The notes under the pieces are model-generated. The model worked only from the letters and a program-made list of their open reading frames with translations. It was not told the origin of the DNA and ran no database searches. A stretch of DNA of 58,288 nt, counting the filler, from an uncultured bacterium (GTDB lineage: Bacteria > Hinthialibacterota > Hinthialibacteria > Hinthialibacterales > Hinthialibacteraceae): NCBI GenBank assembly GCA_964449065.1. It is 3 parts of 3 records of this genome, joined end to end, with 100 filler letters (N's around TTAATTAATTAA, not from the genome) between each part and the next. Parts side by side here need not be neighbours in the genome. Positions count along the whole stretch, not along the records: positions 19,666 to 39,198 come from CAYVAZ010000058.1; 2 more parts are not named here. One strand, given 5' to 3'. Shown here one piece after another: positions 20,588-29,485 of this stretch (position 1 is its first letter; every line of letters begins with the position of its first letter). Made by a program: the position numbers and the translations under genes.

Positions 20588-22417
20588 ATGAACTACAAAT
20601 CGTTAAAAGAATGTGTTGCTGATTTAGAGCGGAACGGACAATTGATTCGCATTGAGCAGGAAGTGGATCCCAACTTGGAGGCGGCGGAGATTCACCGGCG
20701 GGTGTTCCAAGCGGGCGGACCCGCGGTCTATTATGCAAACGTAAAAGGTTCCCGCTTTCCGATGGTGAGTAATCTATTCGGAACCAAAGAACGGGTCCAT
20801 TTTATCTTTCGAAAAACGCTGCGTGCGGTTGAACGTGTTGTTGCCATGAAGGTTGATCCCATGCAGTATATGTTCAAGCCGTGGGAATATCTATTGGCGG
20901 CAAAAACCGCAATCACCATGCTGCCCAGGCCGGCATGGTCAGGCCCGGTCTTGCAGAATCAATGCAGGATATCGGATATCCCACAGCAAAAATCATGGCC
21001 GGATGACGGCGGCGCTTTCCTGACCCTGCCCCAAGTTTATACCGAAGAGCCCGGAACCACCAACGCGATGAAATCCAACTTGGGGATGTACCGCATTCAA
21101 CTTTCCGGTAACGAGTATGAGCCGGATAAAGAAATTGGGATGCACTATCAAATTCACCGCGGTATTGGTGTGCATCATGCCAAAGCGATTGAATTGGGAG
21201 AACCGCTCAAGGTGAACATATTCATTGGCGGGCCTCCCGCGATGAATGTGGCCGCGGTTATGCCCTTGCCGGAAGGGCTTTCAGAAATCATGTTTGCCGG
21301 CGCGTTGGGTGGAAGAAACATACCGTTGCGGCGCGAGAAAGGGAAACTGCCGATTCATGTCAATGCGGATTTCTGCATTACCGGAACAGTCGATCTTCAT
21401 AAACGGAAGCCGGAAGGTCCGTTTGGCGATCATTTAGGCTATTACAGCTTGGCGCATGATTTCCCGGTGTTGAATGTGGAGAGGGTCTATCACCGCAAAG
21501 ACGCGATTTATCCGTTTACGGTTGTTGGCAGGCCGCCGCAAGAAGACACCATGTTCGGGGAGTTGATCCATGAATTGACCGGGGATGTGATTCCCACGGT
21601 ATTGCCGGGAATTAAAGCGGTTCACGCGGTGGATGCTTCGGGTGTTCATCCTCTCTTGCTGGCGATCGGCAGCGAGCGGTATGTGCCGTATGAAGAACGA
21701 AGACGGCCGCAAGAATTGTTGACCCAAGCCCATGCCATTTTGGGGCAAGGACAGCTATCTCTTGCTAAATATTTATTGATGGCTGCCGATCAAGATGACC
21801 CGCATTTGGATATACACGATATTGAAGCGTTCTTTGCGCATATTTTGCAGCGGGTGGATTGGACACGCGACCTGCACTTTCAAACCTGCACCACCATTGA
21901 TACGCTGGATTACACCGGCAGCGGTTTGAATGAAGGCTCTAAAGTAGTGATAGCGGCGGTGGGGAATCCAAAACGTGAATTGCCGATTGAGATGGATTCG
22001 GAACTTGATTTGCCGGATGGTTTTAGCAATCCAAAATTATGTATGCAGGGAATATTGGCGGTGCAGAGTCCCAAGCATGAAGATCATGATGATGCCGCCA
22101 ACCGGTTTTGCAATTATTTTGATAAAAATCATGCGATCAACCAATTTCCGTTGATTCTGCTTGTGGATGATTCGGATTTTTGTGCCCGGACGCTGAACAA
22201 CTGGATCTGGGCGACATTTACACGTTCGAACCCGGCGATGGATATCCACGGAATCGGCGCGTTTGTTGCTCATAAACATTGGGGATGCCGTGGATCAATG
22301 GTGATAGATGCCCGGTATAAGAGTTATCAGGCACCCCCTCTAATTGAAGACCCGGCAGTTACGAACAAGGTAGATGCATTGGGGGCTGCTGGCGGTCCGT
22401 TGCATGGAATTATTTAG
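20588..22417 (+). CDS. UbiD family (prFMN-dependent) decarboxylase
   Basis: NLGMYRIQ, EGPFGDHLGYYS, VGRPPQED and IDTLDY motifs. Confidence 0.92.
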   Translation: MNYKSLKECVADLERNGQLIRIEQEVDPNLEAAEIHRRVFQAGGPAVYYANVKGSRFPMVSNLFGTKERVHFIFRKTLRAVERVVAMKVDPMQYMFKPWEYLLAAKTAITMLPRPAWSGPVLQNQCRISDIPQQKSWPDDGGAFLTLPQVYTEEPGTTNAMKSNLGMYRIQLSGNEYEPDKEIGMHYQIHRGIGVHHAKAIELGEPLKVNIFIGGPPAMNVAAVMPLPEGLSEIMFAGALGGRNIPLRREKGKLPIHVNADFCITGTVDLHKRKPEGPFGDHLGYYSLAHDFPVLNVERVYHRKDAIYPFTVVGRPPQEDTMFGELIHELTGDVIPTVLPGIKAVHAVDASGVHPLLLAIGSERYVPYEERRRPQELLTQAHAILGQGQLSLAKYLLMAADQDDPHLDIHDIEAFFAHILQRVDWTRDLHFQTCTTIDTLDYTGSGLNEGSKVVIAAVGNPKRELPIEMDSELDLPDGFSNPKLCMQGILAVQSPKHEDHDDAANRFCNYFDKNHAINQFPLILLVDDSDFCARTLNNWIWATFTRSNPAMDIHGIGAFVAHKHWGCRGSMVIDARYKSYQAPPLIEDPAVTNKVDALGAAGGPLHGII

Positions 22418-22482
22418 ACCGGTTTCATCCAATCTTAATATTCAATGATTATTTTGTTAAAAATTTAGAATGGAAATGTTGA

Positions 22483-23040
22483 ATGACGAAACAAGGATTT
22501 ACGTTGATTGAATTGCTGATTGTAGTAGCGATTATCGGCATACTCGCAGCGATTGCGGTGCCGAATTTCCTGAACGCGCAGGTGCGGGCTAAAATCGCCC
22601 GGGCTGAGGCCGGTCAAAAAACCTTTGCCGACGCGCAGATGATGTACCGGTTGGATAACGGCGCATTCATTCCTCATATTGGGCATCCGGTTTGGCAAAA
22701 CAAATATCTCACCACCCCGATCTCTTACATCTCATCGACTTCGGCTTTGCAAGACCCGTTTCAGAATGAGTTTGGCGACAGTCAAACCTGGCAATGGGCG
22801 CATGGGGAACTGCACCAAGACCCGGTTCGTGACCATCCTCATTTGGTAACGCAATACTTCAAGAACATCGATGGATGGGAACAGCCGTTAGCGAACAATC
22901 CCAAAGAAGCGTATGTGATAATCAGCGCGGGACCGGATCAGGCGTTTAGCCTGTTTCAAAACGGTAAGTTCGGTCATCCGCTCTATGCGCCATCGAATGG
23001 GCTGAATAGTTTTGGAGATGTTGTTCGGTTAGGGTTTTGA
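22483..23040 (+). CDS. Prepilin-type N-terminal cleavage/methylation domain protein
   Basis: QG|FTLIELLIVVAIIGILAAIAVPNF; paralogue of 18818-19426. Confidence 0.92.
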   Translation: MTKQGFTLIELLIVVAIIGILAAIAVPNFLNAQVRAKIARAEAGQKTFADAQMMYRLDNGAFIPHIGHPVWQNKYLTTPISYISSTSALQDPFQNEFGDSQTWQWAHGELHQDPVRDHPHLVTQYFKNIDGWEQPLANNPKEAYVIISAGPDQAFSLFQNGKFGHPLYAPSNGLNSFGDVVRLGF

Positions 23041-23070
23041 TATTGATACTTTCACCATCAATTGATCAAA

Positions 23071-23110
23071 CGGATTTGGCTGCTTTTCTTCCTTCTTTAA
23101 CATCAATCAA
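23071..23110. repeat. 40-bp copy of an internal segment of the DUF3368 toxin gene
   Basis: 39/40 identical to 28860-28899. Confidence 0.9.
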
Positions 23111-23283
23111 GATGGCGTGCCGCCCGCAGACGGCATGTGCGGATGCGGAACCAGTTTGAGGTTGAAGAAAGTAATCTCAGTTCATTACTGCCGGTCACGT
23201 TGGGATAAAGGACTACAAATATTCCGTCCAAAATTCTACCCTCAACTTTGCTTTCATTTTATCTTCATCTAATTTGTACTAAC

Positions 23284-23387
23284 CGCCCACTTTTGGGCAC
23301 TACCCGTTTCCGGGCAGAAGCATTCATGCATAATCTATTATTAGTTAATACTCTTTATCGCATACATTTCATGCCCACTTTCGGGCA
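23284..23387. promoter_or_regulatory. Three palindromic operator/enhancer-like sites
   Basis: CGCCCACTTTTGGGCA (23284), TACCCGTTTCCGGGCA (23301), TGCCCACTTTCGGGCA (23372). Confidence 0.55.
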
Positions 23388-23463
23388 AACTAGCGATATA
23401 ATTTTGAAGCGGTAAATAATGATAAATCAATGATAATATTATTCTTAGCTTTGTTTAACTGAT

Positions 23464-23480
23464 CTAGCATTCATTTTGCG
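23464..23480 (+). promoter_or_regulatory. Degenerate sigma-54-like promoter
   Basis: CTAGCATTCATTTTGCG: AG-N10-GC, close to the groES motif but with AG in place of the conserved GG. Confidence 0.4.
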
Positions 23481-23597
23481 ATTAAAATTATTTGAGCGAA
23501 TCGAAGTTTTTGGTAGTATTTTATGATATTATAGAAATAAATCAGAGATTGAAAAAACACCGTAAATGGATTTATACTATTGGTAAGGTGAAAACGG

Positions 23598-24929
23598 ATG
23601 AAATCACAGTGCACGGCAACATTATCAGCAATCATTCTACTCTCATTCAGCATTTGTGTATCATCATTCTCAGCCCCGATTTTGGATTATCAAATGCCGG
23701 TGTACCGGGTTGAGATTACCCCTGGTGCATGGGATGTGGACAAGATTCAATACGAAGCAGGATTGCGGGATATTCCCATAGACGTGATTGAAACCGAAAA
23801 CGGTACCCAATGCGTAACGGAGTTAAACTGCGAATATACCGAAGTCTATAAACTGCGCGACCGCATGAAATTGGCTGGTTTCGATGCAGCGATGAAAACA
23901 GAAATCGTGGATTATGAAGAAGCCAAGCAGCAAGAGATGTTTCCACTCGAAGCATTCGCGACTAATATGGATTTAGGCGAGTATAAAGCATTACCGGATA
24001 CGGTAGCAATCGAAGAAATAAACAATATTGAAACCGAATTCAAAGCCTTTGAAAACCAGCCGGATATCACAACCCAAGCATTGGTGGATTTCTTAAAAGG
24101 GAAAATGCCCGCCCTCTTGTATCAATCCGAAAAGGGAAACCCAAAAGCAACCTATCTAATTGGGTCTTATTATTATCTGCGCGGCTTGGCGGAAACCAAG
24201 AAACGGATGGAGAACTATCAGCAAGTGGGTTTTCGCCTCCAACAGTTCGAGCCGGTGACCAGTGAAGAGAACCGTTCCTACCTAACTGCTCTACAATACT
24301 ATCAATCCTGCGCCAAACAAAAATCTCCCTTGCAAGAAAAAGCGCTTTACCATTGCGCCGCTAGTTTGTATGGTATCCGTAATGTAGGAGATAAATTGGT
24401 GCGGATACCTCAATCGCTGAACGCCTACGAGACCTATGTTACAAAATATCCAGAAGGTAAGTGGGCAAAACGAGCTGCCATGAATATTGTAGGATTGGAA
24501 TTTGTAATTCACCGTCTGAATCGAGATCATCCAATCGAACCTGCACTTACTTTAGCGCAAGAAATACTATTTGAAGGTAAGGATGCAAATACACTGGGAT
24601 ATGAAGAATTGCGCTCTGCCCTCATGATGATGGAAATGTTGTGGGAAAATGGTAATTGGGAAGCATCACTGACCATTTATAATTCAACATTTAATTCAAT
24701 AAATTTTGTTAATCTCAAAGAATCATTATATTCTACATATTCATATGCAACTGAAATAGCAGCTTCTATCTATCGTTTTAAAATGGAAGATAATGAAAAT
24801 GCATCAATATTAATTGATAATATATTACGTAATTGCAAAAAAGATAATCATTACCTAATGGGAAATGCAGAAACGAATATGGCCCATTTAAGATCAACAT
24901 TAGAATTTCTTAATAATAATAATAATTAA
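23598..24929 (+). CDS. Exported TPR-like protein, possible N-terminal SPOR-like domain
   Basis: Signal peptide; TPR-type motifs KATYLIGSYY, ALYHCAASLY and AYETYVTKYPEGKWA. Confidence 0.75.
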   Translation: MKSQCTATLSAIILLSFSICVSSFSAPILDYQMPVYRVEITPGAWDVDKIQYEAGLRDIPIDVIETENGTQCVTELNCEYTEVYKLRDRMKLAGFDAAMKTEIVDYEEAKQQEMFPLEAFATNMDLGEYKALPDTVAIEEINNIETEFKAFENQPDITTQALVDFLKGKMPALLYQSEKGNPKATYLIGSYYYLRGLAETKKRMENYQQVGFRLQQFEPVTSEENRSYLTALQYYQSCAKQKSPLQEKALYHCAASLYGIRNVGDKLVRIPQSLNAYETYVTKYPEGKWAKRAAMNIVGLEFVIHRLNRDHPIEPALTLAQEILFEGKDANTLGYEELRSALMMMEMLWENGNWEASLTIYNSTFNSINFVNLKESLYSTYSYATEIAASIYRFKMEDNENASILIDNILRNCKKDNHYLMGNAETNMAHLRSTLEFLNNNNN

Positions 24930-24947
24930 TAATGGAGGAAAACTAAA

Positions 24948-25370
24948 ATGAAAGCATTCCTGAAAGTCTTTTTGTTTTTAAATTTCTTCTATTCTTCGGG
25001 TTTTTGTCAAGAAATGCAAAGCAACAATATTGTATGTTGGGAATTAATGGATTCCTCAGAGTTATCTTCTACCATTGGTAATGGAGGTAATGTTATTTGT
25101 TGGACTATTTCTGATTGCTTCCCATCAACAAGTAATTTACCCTGTGCCTCATACATTGGAATTGACGGTTTACCTAAATGCGATCAATATGCGTCAGGAG
25201 GCACACCGATTTGGACATGTCCCTCAATTCCAGCTTATACGTATTGTTTTTATTCGACAATAGAATGCTTTTGGATTGATCCATGTGGCTTTGATAGAGA
25301 TACTTATGCAAATTGTAAGTTAAGAGCAAGAATTTTGGCTTCTTCAAATACTTATTGTTGGAATTTATAA
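24948..25370 (+). CDS. Secreted Cys-rich precursor protein with double-glycine-like leader motif
   Basis: GGAGG RBS; hydrophobic signal; MDSSELSSTIGN; 12 Cys, 10 of them after the motif. Confidence 0.75.
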   Translation: MKAFLKVFLFLNFFYSSGFCQEMQSNNIVCWELMDSSELSSTIGNGGNVICWTISDCFPSTSNLPCASYIGIDGLPKCDQYASGGTPIWTCPSIPAYTYCFYSTIECFWIDPCGFDRDTYANCKLRARILASSNTYCWNL

Positions 25371-25396
25371 AATAATTTTTAAAGAAGGATAAAACG

Positions 25397-26344
25397 ATGA
25401 AAGTAACGATGAAAGTATTTCTAAATGAATTAATAACATTGTTCATTATTCTTTGTTTTTCTTCAAGTTCATTTTCAAACGATATATTGACTAAATGGGA
25501 AAATAGTAAAATTTTACTCGAAAACGCAATCCCTTGTAAAATACATACCCTATCCACATCCACTCGAACTTTTCCTCAACGAACAAACACAATTTCTGAG
25601 AATTCTATATTATGTACTAAAGATAGATATAAATATATAAAATCACAATTATCCGGCAGTCTAGATGTAGACCAACTTATACGCATGTTTGATTCAAGCA
25701 ATGAGAATTCTAAGTCAAATTCGAAAATTATCTACACCAAAAATAAATCGTATCACCAGAATAACTACAAAGACTTATTATATAGTGATATACGTGTTTC
25801 TAAAACAGATACCGGATTTCAAAAACCGGATGATCATCCATTGATTCCAATAGAAGTATTTGTAAATGGAAAAAAGGCATTTGACTATCATAATCCTCAA
25901 ACAGTAAATACTAATGGTTTAGAAACTGAGTACTTATTTACTCGTCCATTCAAAGAAATGTCTGAAATATATGTGTATCGTAAAATTATATATGATAATC
26001 AAAATTCAAGTTTCCCAAAAATAATTGAAACTGGATTTTTAAAAAAATCAGATCCGTCACACTTGATTCCGGATCAAAGATACACAATTGAAGTCAATAA
26101 AGATAATATTATAGGTTACGATTCATTTTTATATGAAGAGTTAAAAATAAATAATATTAGCAATCAAACAGAAACAATTAGAAGTTGTAATGTACAAATA
26201 AATGATATTGAAACAAACATGAGGATATTACCTGAAGATTTTTGTTTATTATTACAAAAAGGTCAAAAATATATTGAATATGATTCCAATCAAAATAGAA
26301 CAGAAGTGATTGCAGAAGAAGATATTATCATTGAAGCCCAATAG
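25397..26344 (+). CDS. Exported hypothetical protein (AT-rich, beta-rich, possibly LolA-like)
   Basis: 315-aa ORF with AAGGA RBS and signal peptide (..CFSSSSFS); fold guess is weak. Confidence 0.7.
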   Translation: MKVTMKVFLNELITLFIILCFSSSSFSNDILTKWENSKILLENAIPCKIHTLSTSTRTFPQRTNTISENSILCTKDRYKYIKSQLSGSLDVDQLIRMFDSSNENSKSNSKIIYTKNKSYHQNNYKDLLYSDIRVSKTDTGFQKPDDHPLIPIEVFVNGKKAFDYHNPQTVNTNGLETEYLFTRPFKEMSEIYVYRKIIYDNQNSSFPKIIETGFLKKSDPSHLIPDQRYTIEVNKDNIIGYDSFLYEELKINNISNQTETIRSCNVQINDIETNMRILPEDFCLLLQKGQKYIEYDSNQNRTEVIAEEDIIIEAQ

Positions 26345-26348
26345 ATTA

Positions 26349-27736
26349 ATGAACCTTTTTTTCATTTGTTTTTCATACTTGCAAATTATCCAAAGTTCCT
26401 TTGCGCAGAATATCACTTACCCGGTCTACCCCTCCTGCGGGGCGTTGGGCGTGGTGATAACCGCCAATGAACTCGGTATCCCGTTGACGTATGAGAAATT
26501 AGCCCGGCAGGATGACATGCAAAAAGATACTCTAAATTTTGCGGAAATCATCGAGGGGAGCAAGTCTTACAACATCGAATTTGTAGGCGTCAAAGGCGGC
26601 GTTGAACCGCTCAAAAATTCTTCTCCGCCCCTTATTGTTGCTGTTACACCGGAGCATTTTACCGTCATCCGTGATATACAGTCCGATGGTGTCATCACCA
26701 TTGAAAATTCCGGCATCGAGTCATTCGAATCGTGGAAGGATTTTCTTCCCAAGTTCCGCCAAGCCGCTCTTATAGTTCAGGATTATACCCCTCCTGATGA
26801 TCTTCCTGACACATTTCTCTTCTACACCCAAACCGCCGATTTCGGCTGGGTGCCCTCGCAGCCGAGGATTGAATATTCGGGGGGAAAAACTGGTCTACTC
26901 AACCCGTTACCATCAAGCAATTGTCTACCAGCTGCGGATGTACTTCGGTTGAAATCAAACCGAAAACCGCGCAATTCGGTGAAGAAATTGTGGTGAAAGT
27001 GGTGGTGGACAAACGCATCAATACCGGAAAAATATCCGAAAAGGCTGTCGTAGAAATAAGCCGGGAAGGTGCCCCGCCACAAGCCGTTGAGTTGGTGGTA
27101 AAAGCCCAAGCAGGTCACCCGTTTGAATTCCAACCATCTTCCATCCGAAAAACCGTATTACAGGGGAAACCAGTAGACAGTATTACAGTTTATTACGACA
27201 CCATCACCCCGGCCGAAAGTGATTTGTGGAACATCACTTCAATTCGTACAAACGCCAATCCTCAACTCATAATTCCTGCAATCCATGACAACAGCATTCA
27301 AGCCGATTTTGAGGTCCCCAATGAAAACGGTGTTTATGAGGACGCCATTGTCGTACAGTTAGAACGAAATACCGGGCAAACCGCTACCGTAGAAATCCCG
27401 GTTGAACTGGAAGTACATGGCGACGTGATTACGGATGTGCAATCCCTATCGTTCGGAGCGGTGAAAAACGGTCAAATCAAAGAACGAGTATTGGAATTGC
27501 GTTCGATCTCACGAACACCATTTACCATTGACTCCTACGAAACTTCATTACCCGTTGCGGTTACGCTTCCTAAAAAAAGCACAAAAGCGGACAGGCAAAA
27601 CGTTAAAATTATTGTAGATGGATCAAAGTTTACACCTAACCGTTTGCACAAAGGGGATTTGCGATTCATTCTGAATTCAAACGGTCAAACACAAACATGT
27701 AAAGTTGAAGTTAACCTTCTTCGCGGCAATTTTTAA
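26349..27736 (+). CDS. Exported C39-peptidase-like domain fused to DUF1573/Ig-like domains, split by a -1 frameshift
   Basis: Signal peptide; SCG and PLIVAVTPEHFTVI in frame 0; KNWSTQPVTIKQLSTSCGCT (DUF1573) continues in the -1 frame from G6A5 at 26879-26889. Confidence 0.75.
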
Positions 27737-28338
27737 GTCGAATCCGGTCTTTCTGTAACAGATTTTTCCGGTTTGGTAGGCAACCGCGTTTTATTAATGG
27801 ATTTTATAATCGCTTCTTCATTTTCATAAGCATAAATCGTTGGTGCCTTGTTTACCATCAAGCCTCCGGTATCCGCCGTAGGACCGTAGGTGCTATAAAG
27901 CGGTTTGCCCAACATCCGCAAAAGATAAGTAAGTTGTCCCCGATGATGCGCCGAATGAGCAATCCGCCGCATCATTACCCAGGCGCGGGTGCGGGGTTCG
28001 CCAAAAAAGATGGTATTCTCTTCCCACCAGTCTTGCTTCTTTTCTTTCAGCATATCCAACCGCTTTCGCGAATCTTCATGATACCGAAGGATGAATTCAT
28101 AACGGGTCTCTGTTTCAGGCAAAGGAGAAGACTGCACATCAATGCCAAACATATTCTTAAACCACAAATCCTCACTGATACATTGGTGAATCATCTGTTC
28201 CAGCAAATTTCGGCCTCGCGGATCATGGGAATTCGGTCTTACTAACAAATCCTTATCCTCAAACTCGTTCCATATCGCAAGTGTTTTTATTCGCTCTGTC
28301 TTATAAGTATCCATAAAAAATTGATAGCGGTTTGTCAT
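27733..28338 (-). CDS. DinB family protein
   Basis: EQMIHQCISE and AHSAHHRGQL motifs. Confidence 0.9.
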   Translation of the reverse strand: MTNRYQFFMDTYKTERIKTLAIWNEFEDKDLLVRPNSHDPRGRNLLEQMIHQCISEDLWFKNMFGIDVQSSPLPETETRYEFILRYHEDSRKRLDMLKEKKQDWWEENTIFFGEPRTRAWVMMRRIAHSAHHRGQLTYLLRMLGKPLYSTYGPTADTGGLMVNKAPTIYAYENEEAIIKSINKTRLPTKPEKSVTERPDST

Positions 28339-28357
28339 AGATTCATCCTCTCTCTAT

Positions 28358-28391
28358 AAAAAGATGGGGCAAGATTTTCATGCCCCATCTT
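28358..28391 (-). terminator. Terminator downstream of the displaced proA 3' end
   Basis: AAGATGGGGCA..TGCCCCATCTT hairpin with T tract on the minus strand. Confidence 0.8.
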
Positions 28392-28430
28392 ACATTTTAC
28401 AAATCAATCGGCTCGAAGGCGGCTCGCAGG

Positions 28431-28606
28431 CTACTCCCGAATTTCCCCACTGCCGAAGACGATAAACTTCTCACACGTAAGCTCTTTTTGCCCCATCGGG
28501 CCGCGGGCGTGGAGTTTATCGGTCGAGATACCCATCTCGGCACCTAAGCCGTATTCGCCCCCGTCCGAGAAACGGGTGGATGCGTTCACCATCACCGATG
28601 ACGAAT
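28431..28606 (-). repeat. Duplicated 3' end of proA (direct repeat)
   Basis: 28432-28606 matches 29487-29661 with one internal synonymous mismatch; stop TAG versus TAA. Confidence 0.97.
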
Positions 28607-28707
28607 TGCGGGAGAATATTTCCTGCCTTGCTTTAAATCTATGAATCACTTTCTTTCGTCTATTGTCGATTAAGATATGTATACAGCCAAAAGCATTATC
28701 GATTATT

Positions 28708-29193
28708 TCACCTTGTATCCCGCAACAACTTTCCATACTCGGAATCCTTTAATCGGAATCCTTGAGAAATAAGTTCATTTAAAGAGGCTTCAAATTCTGA
28801 AGGCTTATTTCGATAATACCGCAATAAAATACCTATTGTACCGGTTATCGGAATGCCAGCGGATTTGGCTGCTTTTCTTCCTTCTTTATCATCAATCAAA
28901 AGTAAGTTTGCATTCTTTTCATTTGCAAGAGAAATCGCTTCCGCTTCACCTGCATCTACATGAGTCATCAAAAAGGCTGCTGAATTTATATCTGTTACAG
29001 ACGTTTGAATGATCCAGTCCGATTCAAGTACTTCATGCTTTCCTTTTCTATTTCTAACATCCGAAACAATTTCATTATATACAGCATTTGGTATGTGTAT
29101 GGTTCCAAACAACTTTTGTAGGATATAAAGCCGTTGGATTCTTGCTAGTGCAATAATTGGTGATGAATTAGAAACAACAATCAACTGGTTCAC
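28708..29193 (-). CDS. DUF3368-family PIN toxin
   Basis: [31 protein letters not shown] and GTIGIL motifs. Confidence 0.9.
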   Translation of the reverse strand: MNQLIVVSNSSPIIALARIQRLYILQKLFGTIHIPNAVYNEIVSDVRNRKGKHEVLESDWIIQTSVTDINSAAFLMTHVDAGEAEAISLANEKNANLLLIDDKEGRKAAKSAGIPITGTIGILLRYYRNKPSEFEASLNELISQGFRLKDSEYGKLLRDTR

Positions 29194-29453
29194 GGTATTA
29201 TTTGGTTTAGTGTATTTAGATCAGATAATGCATCTTCAGCAGTAAAATGAATCGGGATTTCTTTTGCGTTTAAGAGTTGGATCATTTCCCATTTATTTTC
29301 AAAGCCCGCAAGTTCTTTTGCCTTCCCTAGAGAAAGAGTCCCATCCCGGTACAGTTCAACCGCCATCGTTTTCCGGATAAATTCCGGCAATTGCTCAAAC
29401 GGAATATCAAGTGCATTGATTGTTGATTCCGGCAATTCCAAATTCAAATTCAT
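29190..29453 (-). CDS. UPF0175-family antitoxin
   Basis: AVELYRDGTLSLGKAKELAG; 4-nt overlap with the toxin gene. Confidence 0.88.
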   Translation of the reverse strand: MNLNLELPESTINALDIPFEQLPEFIRKTMAVELYRDGTLSLGKAKELAGFENKWEMIQLLNAKEIPIHFTAEDALSDLNTLNQIIP

Positions 29454-29485
29454 CTTATACCTCTAGTTGAAAGGGTAGGACAATA

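Noticed and set aside
18818..23040. Diversity-generating retroelement acting on the pilin paralogues
   Set aside because: No reverse transcriptase and no template/variable repeat pair with adenine-specific mismatches in the window
28431..28736. 101-aa ORF ending in the ProA C-terminus as a real fusion protein
   Set aside because: The N-terminal half is an alternative frame of the toxin end plus spacer; it is a by-product of the duplication
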